Assembly: GCA_963772365.1 (NCBI GenBank)
Contig: CAVYXA010000001.1
Location: forward strand, 288,001 to 352,000
Reading direction: 5' to 3'
DNA length: 64,000 nt
From: an uncultured Verrucomicrobiae bacterium
Lineage (GTDB): Bacteria; Verrucomicrobiota; Verrucomicrobiia; Chthoniobacterales; UBA10450
The stretch's first letter is position 1; each line of letters begins with the position of its first letter. A program made the position numbers and the translations under genes. Under the pieces are notes generated by a model, which ran no database searches, was not told the DNA's origin, and worked only from the letters and a program-made list of their open reading frames with translations. Of the stretch, positions 9,590-18,621 are shown piece after piece.

Positions 9590-10372
9590 ATGAACGGAAC
9601 CACCACGTTATCGCCAAGACAATCATTCGGCCAAACGATGCGGTCCGATCTTTGGTGGTTGCAGCCGCTTCTCGTCTTCATCGGATTATCGGCCTTCCTC
9701 GTTTATTCCACTTGGGCGGCGTTTCAAGGAAGGAATTACTACTTCGGTAATTACGTCTCGCCGTTTTATTCGCCGGAACTATTCGGCGATTCACCGCACA
9801 GTTGGTTCGGACCGAAACCGAGTTGGTGGCCGAGCTGGCTGTTATTTTCTCCCGCGCTGTTGATTCTCTGGGCGCCCGGCGGATTCCGGCTCACCTGCTA
9901 TTATTATAGGGGCGCATATTACAAGGCATTTTGGGCCGACCCGCCGGCCTGCACTGTGGGTGAGCCGCGCAAAACCTATCTCGGTGAACGCTCATTCCCG
10001 CTCATTATGCAGAATGTGCATCGCTACTTTCTTTACGTCGCGATCATCTTCATCGGGATTCTCGCTTACGACGCGTGGAAGGCGCTCTGGTTTGATGGGA
10101 AGTTCGGCATTGGAATTGGCACGATTGTTCTCGCGATCAATGTGTATCTGCTCGGCGGTTATACATTTGGCTGTCATTCACTCCGGCATTTGATCGGCGG
10201 ATTCCGCGATCAGCTTTCAAGATCGACAACCTATCGCGCTTATCGCTGCGTGACTTGTCTGAATCAGCGCCACATGCTCTGGGCCTGGATGAGTCTGTTT
10301 TGGGTCGGCTTCACCGATCTTTACGTGCGGCTTTGCTCGATGGGCATCTGGCACGATTTGCGTCTGATCTGA
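9590..10372 (+). CDS. Succinate dehydrogenase membrane anchor, actinobacterial Sdh1 (Rv0249c-like) type
   Basis: Y.SPFYSP, FRLTCYYYR.AYY.AFW.DPPAC.V.EP, QN.HRYF, GCHSLRH and N.RHM.WAW.SL motifs. Confidence 0.85.
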   Translation: MNGTTTLSPRQSFGQTMRSDLWWLQPLLVFIGLSAFLVYSTWAAFQGRNYYFGNYVSPFYSPELFGDSPHSWFGPKPSWWPSWLLFSPALLILWAPGGFRLTCYYYRGAYYKAFWADPPACTVGEPRKTYLGERSFPLIMQNVHRYFLYVAIIFIGILAYDAWKALWFDGKFGIGIGTIVLAINVYLLGGYTFGCHSLRHLIGGFRDQLSRSTTYRAYRCVTCLNQRHMLWAWMSLFWVGFTDLYVRLCSMGIWHDLRLI

Positions 10373-10622
10373 TTTGCAAGAATTCGCAACCGAATCGGGG
10401 TGAAGCCATTGACGGCTTTACCAATCGCGTTCGATCGCCGCTGCGAACCGCGGCAGCATTTCCCCGCTATGCCGCTGGCGAAGTCTTGGCGATAGCGCTT
10501 CCTTGCGATGGAAGGGGCTTTGGTGAGGCGCTACGTCGCGGCAAGAGTAGCAACGGGCTTTTACGCGAAGGTCTGATTTTCCGCAGGTCCTGCTCGCGAC
10601 ATAAACTGGGAAAAAAAATTAT

Positions 10623-10656
10623 TTGACAACTGTGTTCCAGTAGTGCATATACACAC
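10623..10656 (+). promoter_or_regulatory. marR promoter (-35 TTGACA) overlapped by palindromic operator GTGCATATACAC
   Basis: TTGACA at 10623-10628. The palindrome at 10643-10654 covers the -10 region, and its reverse complement recurs at 11146-11157. Confidence 0.65.
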
Positions 10657-10659
10657 CAC

Positions 10660-11100
10660 ATGGCAAAAGAACTGGATATGACGGCGGCGGAAAACTGCGT
10701 GTGCTTCAACCTGCGTTGGGTGACACGGGCAGTGACGCAGTTTTATGACGCGGAAATGCGGCGGCATGGAATTCGTCCCACGCAAGGCACAATCCTGGCG
10801 TCGTTGCAAACCAAGGACAGTTGGAACATGGCGGAGTTGAGCGACTGGCTGGGAATGGATCGCACGACGCTCGTGCGGAATCTCCGGCCATTGCAGCGGG
10901 ACGGTTTCGTAAAGGCCATCGGCGGCGGGCGCGGCAATCGGGTGGAACTCACGATCACAACAAAAGGCCGAAAACAGATTGCGAAGCTGGCGCCGGCCTG
11001 GAAGTCCGCTCAAAGCGCTGCGGTCAAAACTCTCGGTGAAAAGCGCTGGTCCGCCATTCTTGCCGATCTCGAAACGGCGGCGCTGGCTCTGAACAAATAA
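10660..11100 (+). CDS. MarR family transcriptional regulator
   Basis: C.CFNLR..TRAVTQFYD...MDRTTL.RNL.PL..DG winged helix. Confidence 0.93.
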   Translation: MAKELDMTAAENCVCFNLRWVTRAVTQFYDAEMRRHGIRPTQGTILASLQTKDSWNMAELSDWLGMDRTTLVRNLRPLQRDGFVKAIGGGRGNRVELTITTKGRKQIAKLAPAWKSAQSAAVKTLGEKRWSAILADLETAALALNK

Positions 11101-11151
11101 CAAAACCCTGAATGCCTTCCAAGGCGATCAACTAGAAACTAAATAGTGTAT

Positions 11152-11967
11152 ATGCACACAACATTGACAAACAAAGTCACCCTCGTCACCGGAGCTTCCT
11201 CCGGTATTGGCCGAGAAATCGCTCAACTCCTCGCGCAGCGAGGCGCTCGTGTCTTCGGCACGGCCCGCGATCCAAAATCCGCGAAACCCATCCCTGGCGT
11301 GGAGATCGTCCGCATGGACGTGACGGATGACGCCAGCGTCAGCGAAGCGATTCAAGGAATTGTTCAGAAAGCAGGCCCCGTTGAGGTTCTGGTGAACAAC
11401 GCCGGTTACGGCCTCACGGGGGCGTTGGAGGAAACAACCCTCAAGGAAGCACGAGACCAATTTGAAACCAATTTCTTTGGCGTGCTGCGGGTGACCAACG
11501 CCGTGCTGGCCCGGATGCGGCAAGCTGGCTACGGTCGCATCGTCAACATCAGCTCGGTGGTCGGTTTCATCCCCGCCCCATTCATGGGCATGTATGCTGC
11601 GAGCAAGCACGCGGTCGAGGGCTACACCGAGACCTTGGATCATGAAGTGAGGCAATTCGGTGTGCGCGCGGTGTTGATCCAACCCTCTTATACCAAGAGC
11701 AACATCAACCAGAACGAGAAGACCGCCCAAACCAACCTCGAAGCCTATGCGGTTCACCGGCAGCGCATGCACGAGGTGGTGGAGAAAGGCGTCGAGCATG
11801 GGGATGAACCGCAGCTCGTGGCAGAAGCCGTTTGGCGCGCGGTGACGGCGAAATCGCCCCGGCTGCGTTATCCGGTTGGCAAGGGCGTCCTTTTGAGCCG
11901 ACTGCGCCGTTTTGCTCCTGTCGCTCTATTCGACCGGGCTATTCGAAAAGCATCCAGTCTGAACTGA
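11152..11967 (+). CDS. SDR family oxidoreductase
   Basis: TGASSGIG, NNAG and YAASK motifs. Confidence 0.93.
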   Translation: MHTTLTNKVTLVTGASSGIGREIAQLLAQRGARVFGTARDPKSAKPIPGVEIVRMDVTDDASVSEAIQGIVQKAGPVEVLVNNAGYGLTGALEETTLKEARDQFETNFFGVLRVTNAVLARMRQAGYGRIVNISSVVGFIPAPFMGMYAASKHAVEGYTETLDHEVRQFGVRAVLIQPSYTKSNINQNEKTAQTNLEAYAVHRQRMHEVVEKGVEHGDEPQLVAEAVWRAVTAKSPRLRYPVGKGVLLSRLRRFAPVALFDRAIRKASSLN

Positions 11968-12043
11968 TTCTTCAAACCTCGCAGGAAGACAAACGTTTCA
12001 TAAGCAATTTCAACTCGATTGATTGATGACGGAGATGAACCAA

Positions 12044-12830
12044 ATGAAAACAATAGACAAAACCTGGGTTCTCATCACGGGCGCATCGAGTGGCTTCGGC
12101 GAGGAGTTCGCCCGCCAATATGCCGGGCAAGGCCATTCGCTCGTTCTGGTCGCGCGCCGGCTGGATCGGCTGCAAAAACTCGCCGAGGAGCTGCGGCGGC
12201 AGTTCAGTGTCGAGGTCGTCGTGGAGCAGGTAGATCTTTCAGATGTTGCGGCAATCATCCAATTGCATCAGCGACTTCGCGAGCGGGACATTGCGATTGA
12301 CATCCTGATCAACAACGCAGGCCACGGTCTGCAAGGAGCATTCATCGACAGCAAACTTGATGCGGCGTTGGCGATGGTGCAGCTCGACATCGCGAGCCTG
12401 ACTGCGATCACCCACATCTTTGCACAAGATATGCGGAAGCGAGGACGCGGGAAGATTCTGCTGGTCGCAAGTATGCTGGCCTATCAGGGGGTGGAGAACT
12501 TCGCCGTGTATTCAGCCGCCAAGGCTTTCGTGCTGCGCCTGGGTGAAGCTCTTCATCGCGAACTCAAGCGCGATGGCGTCACGGTCACGACGCTTTGTCC
12601 CGGCATGTCGGACACCGGATTCGCCACCGCAGCGCAACAGAAGCTCACACCCGCATTGAAGTTATTCATGATGCGGGCCCGCGCCTGTGGTGCGCGCCAG
12701 CATCCGTGCGTCGCAGTCCGGGCGCATCAGTGTCGTCCCGGGCTGGGCCAACAAAGCAGCCGTAATCTTTATGTGGGCCACACCACGCTGGCTGCATCAG
12801 GCCATGTTCGCGCGCGTCATGAGCGCATGA
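12044..12830 (+). pseudogene. SDR family oxidoreductase (1-nt frameshift near 12676)
   Basis: TGASSGFG, NNAG and YSAAK motifs. The typical C-terminus (PAPVVRASIRA...VVPGWANK) continues in another frame to TGA at 12830. Confidence 0.8.
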
Positions 12831-12864
12831 ACCGCATGATCCGAAAGGAGACACGAAACCATTT

Positions 12865-13866
12865 ATGAAAGCACTCGTCTTGAAACGATACGGCGGGCCC
12901 GATCAGGTCGCGTTCGCCGACATTCCCCGGCCTGCGCTAAAGCCGGACGAAATTCTCGTCCAGGTCCACGCCGCTGGCTTGAATCCGATTGATTACGCGA
13001 TTCCGAAAGGAACGTTTAAGGCCATCCTCAAGTTGCAGCTTCCGGCCACGCTGGGCAGCGATTTGGCGGGCGTCGTGGTGGAGGTGGGAAATCGCGTGAC
13101 TCGCTACAAGCCGGGCAATGCGGTCTTCGCGAGCATCTTTGATTTGGGCATAGGCTCGCTCGCTGAGTTTGCGGTCGTGCCCGAGAACGCCGCCGCGCTT
13201 AAACCGTCGAATCTGGACTTCGTGCAGGCGGCTTCGATTCCGATGGTCGGGCTCACATCGTGGCAAGCGCTGAAGGAACGTGCAAAACTCAAGCCCGGCC
13301 AAAAGGTGTTCATTCCCGCAGGCTCGGGCGGCATTGGCACGTTCGCAATCCAACTTGCGAAGCACCTCGGCGCAATAGTGGGGACGACCACGAGCACGGG
13401 TAACGTGGAATTGGTGAAGAGTCTCGGGGCGGATGAGGTGATTGATTACAAGAAACAGGAATTTGAAGACGTGTTGCGAAACTACGACGCCGTGCTCGGC
13501 ACTGTGAGAGGCAATGCGCTCGAGAAATCACTCGGGATTTTGAAGTCCGGGAGCAGCGTTGTCTCGCTCGTCGGACCACCGGACGCCGCCTTTGCTCGCG
13601 GACGTGACATGGGTCTTTTCTTCACATTCCTCTTCGGCTTGTTGAGTCGTAAGATCATTCGCCAAACCAGGAAACGCGGCGGCGAGTATTCATTTCTGTT
13701 CGTTCATCCGGACGGCGGCCAACTCGCGCAAATTGGCAAGCTGCTCGACGCGGGAACGATTCGGCCGGTAATCGACAAAGTATTTCCGTTCGATCAAACG
13801 AAGGAAGCGCTGGCGTATCTCGAAAAGGGCCGGGCCAAAGGAAAGGTTGTCGTGCAACTCCTATGA
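12865..13866 (+). CDS. NADP-dependent oxidoreductase (MDR / quinone reductase family)
   Basis: VHAAGLNP.D, G.DLAGVV, AGSGGIG and GRAKGKVV motifs. Confidence 0.92.
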   Translation: MKALVLKRYGGPDQVAFADIPRPALKPDEILVQVHAAGLNPIDYAIPKGTFKAILKLQLPATLGSDLAGVVVEVGNRVTRYKPGNAVFASIFDLGIGSLAEFAVVPENAAALKPSNLDFVQAASIPMVGLTSWQALKERAKLKPGQKVFIPAGSGGIGTFAIQLAKHLGAIVGTTTSTGNVELVKSLGADEVIDYKKQEFEDVLRNYDAVLGTVRGNALEKSLGILKSGSSVVSLVGPPDAAFARGRDMGLFFTFLFGLLSRKIIRQTRKRGGEYSFLFVHPDGGQLAQIGKLLDAGTIRPVIDKVFPFDQTKEALAYLEKGRAKGKVVVQLL

Positions 13867-13942
13867 AGGCTAGCGTCAGCACCGTGCCAACGGCTGTGCC
13901 TCCGATCAGCACACAGGCGATGGGATCCGCTGATGGAATCAT
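13863..13942 (-). pseudogene. Remnant of an RND efflux permease C-terminal helix
   Basis: PIACVLIGGTAVGTVLTLAFI resembles the last TM of AcrB-family proteins; the rest of the gene is absent. Confidence 0.5.
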
Positions 13943-14200
13943 CGCAGAATTGCGATAGGCACCGCAGAATCGTGAGAGAAGGATTCCTCAACACGAGCCC
14001 GAGTTTTTTCGCGACGGTCTTACGGCGCGTGACCGGTCTGACACCGATAAAGTTCCGGAACGCATTCTAAAGGGGCGCTGGCGCATCGGCGCGTCGCCGG
14101 CGATCGATGCACTGACTATTGAGTGAGCCACGGCGGCGCAATATTCTCGCATCAAAGCTGAGCGCATTGATGCCACACGTTAGCAGCTACGGCCGATCTG

Positions 14201-14308
14201 AGCGCCGTGCCGAAAACGGCGATGACCCACATCGCCATTCAGGAAGCGTTCAATGGCAAAGTCGTCGAGTAGTTTGACAACGTGACTGGCGAGCACCCCG
14301 GCGAGTAA
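14201..14308 (+). pseudogene. Remnant of a cupin-domain protein C-terminus
   Basis: SAVPKTAMTHIAIQEAFNGKVVE*FDNVTGE matches the cupin C-terminal AMTHIAIQE..G..V.W...V motif, with the Trp codon changed to TAG. Confidence 0.65.
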
Positions 14309-14356
14309 TTGTCGATCTTGAGCGAATCCGCATTCGCATTTAGAAGTGGGAGCGCG

Positions 14357-16171
14357 ATGGCCGAATACGACACTTTCACACACGACGTTTTGATCATCGG
14401 CTCCGGCGGAGCGGGATTGCGCGCGGCGATCGAAGCCTCGGCTGCGGGCGTTTCTGTCGGCATGGTTTGCAAATCCTTGTTAGGCAAAGCGCACACGGTG
14501 ATGGCCGAGGGCGGGATTGCTGCGGCGCTGGCGAATGTCGATGATCGCGACAATTGGAAAGTCCATTTCGCCGATACGATGCGCGGCGGCCAATACGTGA
14601 ACAATTGGCGGATGGCGGAGCTGCACGCGAAGGAAGCGCCGGATCGAGTGCGTGAACTCGAAGCCTGGGGTGCGGTTTTCGACCGAACGAAAGACGGCCG
14701 AATTCTTCAGAGAAATTTCGGCGGCCACAAGTATCCACGGCTAGCGCATGTGGGCGATCGGACCGGGCTCGAGATGATTCGGACTTTGCAGGATCACGGA
14801 GTCCACCGCGGAATCGATGTCCACATGGAGATTTGTATCACTTCGTTGTTGAAGGATGGAGAGCGTTGCATTGGCGCGTTTGGATACAATCGAGAACGCG
14901 GTCGCTTCAAGATCTTTCACGCGCGAGCGGTCGTGCTGGCGACGGGAGGGATCGGCAAAGCTTACAAGATCACGAGCAACAGTTGGGATTGTACGGGCGA
15001 CGGTCACTCGCTTGCCTATCACGCAGGCGCTGCATTAATCGACATGGAGTATGTCCAATTTCACCCCACGGGAATGGTCTGGCCACCGAGCGTGGCAGGG
15101 ATGCTCGTGACCGAAGGCGTGCGCGGCGAAGGCGGAATCCTAACGAATGCCGATGGCAAACGTTTCATGTTCGATTCGATACCCGACAACTACAAAGCCC
15201 AGACCGCCGACAACGAAGAGGAAGGCTGGCGCTACACACAGGGTGACAGAAATGCGCGGCGTCCGCCGGAGCTACTGACTCGCGATCACGTGGCGCGTTG
15301 CATCGTGCGCGAGATCAAGGAAGGGCGGGGGACACCGCACGGTGGCGTTTATCTCGACATTTCATGGATCAAGAAAAAACTTCCGAACGCGGAAGAACAC
15401 ATCAAACGCAAATTGCCGAGCATGTATCATCAGTTTAAAGCGCTCGGCGATATCGATATTACCGATGAAGCGATGGAAGTCGGCCCGACCACGCATTACA
15501 TCATGGGCGGCGTGCACGTGAACGCGGATACGCAAATGTCCGATGTGCCGGGATTATTCGCTGCTGGCGAATGCGCTGCCGGAATCAATGGGGCAAACCG
15601 GCTTGGCGGGAATTCGCTCTCCGATTTGATCGTGTTCGGTAAACGGGCCGGCGAATACGCGGCGAAGTTCGCGAAAGAGAATCCGCACGGCGGGATCGAC
15701 AACAACAACAAGATCGACAATTACGCGCGCGAAGCGTTGCGCCCATTCGAAAATGATCGGGGAGAAAACCCGTATTCGGTCCAGCGCGATCTCCAGGAGA
15801 TCATGCAGCATAATGTCGGCATCGTGCGTGATGAAGGCGAGATGTTGTCGGCGCTCGAGCACATCAAAGCATTTACAGAACGCGCCGCGAAAGTAGGTGT
15901 GATCGGTAATCGTGATTTTAATCCGGGTTGGCACACTGCTCTAGATCTAAAGAATTTGCTTACCGTCTCGGAGGCAATTACGCGAGCTGCCTTGGAAAGA
16001 AAAGAGAGCCGGGGCGCTCAATTTCGAGAAGATTATCCAAACAAGGACGACAAATTTTCCAAGGTGAACACAATAATCCGAAACGCCAATGATGGTTTAA
16101 TGGAAGTTCGTCTGGAACCGCTGCCGGAAATGCCGGATTATTTAAAGCAGGTTGTCGAAGAGAATCGTTAA
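14357..16171 (+). CDS. sdhA: Succinate dehydrogenase/fumarate reductase flavoprotein subunit
   Basis: GSGGAG, KAHTVMAEGG (covalent FAD His), QFHPTG, TEGVRGEGG, GANRLGGNSL and ESRG motifs. Confidence 0.95.
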   Translation: MAEYDTFTHDVLIIGSGGAGLRAAIEASAAGVSVGMVCKSLLGKAHTVMAEGGIAAALANVDDRDNWKVHFADTMRGGQYVNNWRMAELHAKEAPDRVRELEAWGAVFDRTKDGRILQRNFGGHKYPRLAHVGDRTGLEMIRTLQDHGVHRGIDVHMEICITSLLKDGERCIGAFGYNRERGRFKIFHARAVVLATGGIGKAYKITSNSWDCTGDGHSLAYHAGAALIDMEYVQFHPTGMVWPPSVAGMLVTEGVRGEGGILTNADGKRFMFDSIPDNYKAQTADNEEEGWRYTQGDRNARRPPELLTRDHVARCIVREIKEGRGTPHGGVYLDISWIKKKLPNAEEHIKRKLPSMYHQFKALGDIDITDEAMEVGPTTHYIMGGVHVNADTQMSDVPGLFAAGECAAGINGANRLGGNSLSDLIVFGKRAGEYAAKFAKENPHGGIDNNNKIDNYAREALRPFENDRGENPYSVQRDLQEIMQHNVGIVRDEGEMLSALEHIKAFTERAAKVGVIGNRDFNPGWHTALDLKNLLTVSEAITRAALERKESRGAQFREDYPNKDDKFSKVNTIIRNANDGLMEVRLEPLPEMPDYLKQVVEENR

Positions 16172-16183
16172 GGCGTTGGGAAC

Positions 16184-16678
16184 GTGAATCGAGAATCGTT
16201 ACATCGTGAATCGGCCGGGAAATCGCGTAGGCGAATTTCGACGTTCGAGGATTTGGAAGTTTATCAAGTCGCACGGGAGTTTCGAGAGAAGAGGTACCAG
16301 GTATCGAGGCGATTGCCCGATGTCGAAAAGTTCGGTATGGCCTCGCAAATTCGACGCGCGGCCCTTTCACTGACGAACAACATCGCTGAAGGACACGGAC
16401 GCTATCATTATCTGGATCAAATCAAGTTTATGTTGCAGTCACGTGGCTCGTTAGAGGAACTGATCGACGATTTGAACGCGTCTGATGACGAAAATTATTT
16501 GCCTATGCCGGAAATCGGCGCGCTGAAAGAGCAAGGCTGGCGGGTCCGACAGCTGATCGACGGCTACATACGCTATCTGAGAGAACAGAACAGGTCAGAT
16601 AAGTCCTCATCAATCCGAGAAACATCGCCCGCTTACGGCGAGGACGCGGATCTTCTCGATGTAACGATTAACGGATGA
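16184..16678 (+). CDS. Four-helix-bundle (23S rRNA intervening-sequence family) protein
   Basis: FEDLEVYQ.A...LP..EKFG.ASQIRRAA.S..NNIAEG.GR...RGSL.E; the stop overlaps the sdhB ATG. Confidence 0.92.
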   Translation: MNRESLHRESAGKSRRRISTFEDLEVYQVAREFREKRYQVSRRLPDVEKFGMASQIRRAALSLTNNIAEGHGRYHYLDQIKFMLQSRGSLEELIDDLNASDDENYLPMPEIGALKEQGWRVRQLIDGYIRYLREQNRSDKSSSIRETSPAYGEDADLLDVTING

Positions 16679-17442
16679 ATACGGCAGTTTTCCGAATTTG
16701 GCGCGGCGACGCGAATGGCGGCGAGTTTCGCGACTATGAAACCGGCGTCTCCGAAGGGATGGTCGTGCTCGATGCGGTGAATCATATTCAGGCGACACAA
16801 GCGAACGATCTGGCTTGTCGATGGAACTGCAAAGCCGGCAAATGCGGTTCGTGTTCGGCGGAAATCAACGGAATGCCCAAACTTATGTGCATGACGCGAT
16901 TGAGCGACCTCCCACTGGAGAAACCTGTGACGGTCCAGCCGATGAAAGCTTTTCCGAACGTGAAAGATCTGATTACCGACGTTTCCTGGAACTTCGCGGT
17001 GAAAAAGAAAATTAAGCCGTTTACGCCGCGTCCGCCGGATGCGCCGGACGGCACGTGGCGGATGCAACAGAAAGACATCGATCGGGTCCAGGAATTCCGG
17101 AAGTGCATTGAATGCTTTTTATGTCAGGACGTCTGCCATGTGCTGCGCGATCATCAGATGCACGACCGATTCATTGGTCCGCGCTTTCTCATTTACACGG
17201 CGGCATTGGAGATGCATCCGCTTGACGTCGAAGATCGCACCGAGGAATTGCGCAATGCCCACGGTATCGGCTACTGCAACATTACGAAATGTTGCACCAA
17301 GGTTTGCCCCGAAAGCATTCACATCACTGACAACGGCATCATTCCATTAAAGGAGCGGGTGGCGGACAACTTCTATGATCCCCTGGGTTGGTTTTGGCGA
17401 TGGTTGAAGAGGAGGAGCGATTCCGTGAATCGAGAATCGTGA
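16675..17442 (+). CDS. sdhB: Succinate dehydrogenase/fumarate reductase iron-sulfur subunit
   Basis: CKAGKCGSC, CIECFLCQDVC and CNITKCCTKVCP clusters. Confidence 0.95.
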   Translation: MNTAVFRIWRGDANGGEFRDYETGVSEGMVVLDAVNHIQATQANDLACRWNCKAGKCGSCSAEINGMPKLMCMTRLSDLPLEKPVTVQPMKAFPNVKDLITDVSWNFAVKKKIKPFTPRPPDAPDGTWRMQQKDIDRVQEFRKCIECFLCQDVCHVLRDHQMHDRFIGPRFLIYTAALEMHPLDVEDRTEELRNAHGIGYCNITKCCTKVCPESIHITDNGIIPLKERVADNFYDPLGWFWRWLKRRSDSVNRES

Positions 17443-17540
17443 ATTGTGAATCGATTTGCCTTCGGCCCGATTCACGATGTAACAATGTAACGAATCCCGC
17501 CTTCTTTCGATGTAACGATTTAGCGATTCACGAATTACGA
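17424..17540. repeat. Degenerate 7-8-mer tandem/inverted repeat tract
   Basis: GTGAATC/GAGAATC units followed by complementary GATTCAC/GATGTAAC units. The same units flank the four-helix-bundle gene. Confidence 0.8.
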
Positions 17541-17548
17541 GCGAAGCC

Positions 17549-18049
17549 ATGCCTGAGCTGAAATCCCTCCACAAAGGCGCCATTCCGGCCGCGCTCGAAA
17601 AAGCGGAGCGCTACCGTTTGCTCAATGAGCCGGGCGAAGCGGAGAGCATCTGCCTCGACATTCTTGATGTCGATCCTGAGAACCGGCAGGCGATCATAAC
17701 ATTGCTGCTTGCCCTAACGGATCGGTTTGAAAGGGGCTATGGTGTAAGCGATACCCAGGCGAAAGAATTGCTCTCCCGGATGAAGTCCGATTACGACCGG
17801 GCGTATTATTCGGGAATTGTCGCGGAGCGACGTGCCAAAATGAAGCTGCGCCAAAACACTCCCGACTGCCGGTTTCAAGCTTACGATCTTTTGCGCGAAG
17901 CAATGAGCTGTTTTGAGAGGGCGGAACCGATTCGGCCAGCTGGCCATGATGATGCGATTTTGCGATGGAATACCTGCGCGCGGATCATCCAGCGCAATCA
18001 TCTTATGCCGCGAGAACCGGAAGAGCGGATCGAATTACCGCTCGAATAA
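17549..18049 (+). CDS. Conserved hypothetical alpha-helical protein downstream of sdhB
   Basis: Clean ORF (AL.KAERYRLLNEP.EAESICLD...DAILRWNTCAR) with normal composition. Confidence 0.8.
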   Translation: MPELKSLHKGAIPAALEKAERYRLLNEPGEAESICLDILDVDPENRQAIITLLLALTDRFERGYGVSDTQAKELLSRMKSDYDRAYYSGIVAERRAKMKLRQNTPDCRFQAYDLLREAMSCFERAEPIRPAGHDDAILRWNTCARIIQRNHLMPREPEERIELPLE

Positions 18050-18110
18050 GCTTAGAACTGGCTGGCTTTTGACCTGAAGAGAGGCTCAACGAAAAAGAAG
18101 AGAAAGCTCA

Positions 18111-18488
18111 CTATTTCAAAACCGGCGTATCACCATGAATCCACCCGGCTGTGAATGTGTAAGTTACGCCAGGCGTGACATCGATGTGCCGAACAACTTT
18201 TGGTCCTAACCCGCCAGAAATCGGAGCGGGTTGGATGGCAATGTCATGCGGACCGGGGGCCAACCGGCCTTTATAACTTGCGCCGTAGGGGAGAATGGCA
18301 ACGGTCACTCCATCGACGTAGACGATTACGTTCTCGTTATTACCATAATTTGCAGCGCGTCTGATGATTAGATGGCCATCGGATTGAGAATTCCCGAATG
18401 GATAGCCGACGATCACGCGTCCACCCTGAACCTTGCTGAAGGTCCATATGCACAAAACTGTAAGAAGCAACAACAGAGAACGTTTCAT
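18111..18488 (-). CDS. Small exported hypothetical protein
   Basis: Signal peptide and a beta-rich domain (VYVDG...L.PGPH.I). Confidence 0.7.
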   Translation of the reverse strand: MKRSLLLLLTVLCIWTFSKVQGGRVIVGYPFGNSQSDGHLIIRRAANYGNNENVIVYVDGVTVAILPYGASYKGRLAPGPHDIAIQPAPISGGLGPKVVRHIDVTPGVTYTFTAGWIHGDTPVLK

Positions 18489-18621
18489 ATTTCACTATCG
18501 AGCAAGAAATGCCGAATCCATAACGCAAAGCCAGTTTTTCTTTTCGCGCAGCGACGCGAGAAAGGCGGCTTACGTTAACAACTTGAGCAAGCGTTAGCTC
18601 AAGACAGAATTACATTTCGCC

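Noticed and set aside
15700..15712. (AAC)n tract in sdhA
   Set aside because: It is short and in frame (NNNK), with no phase-variation potential.
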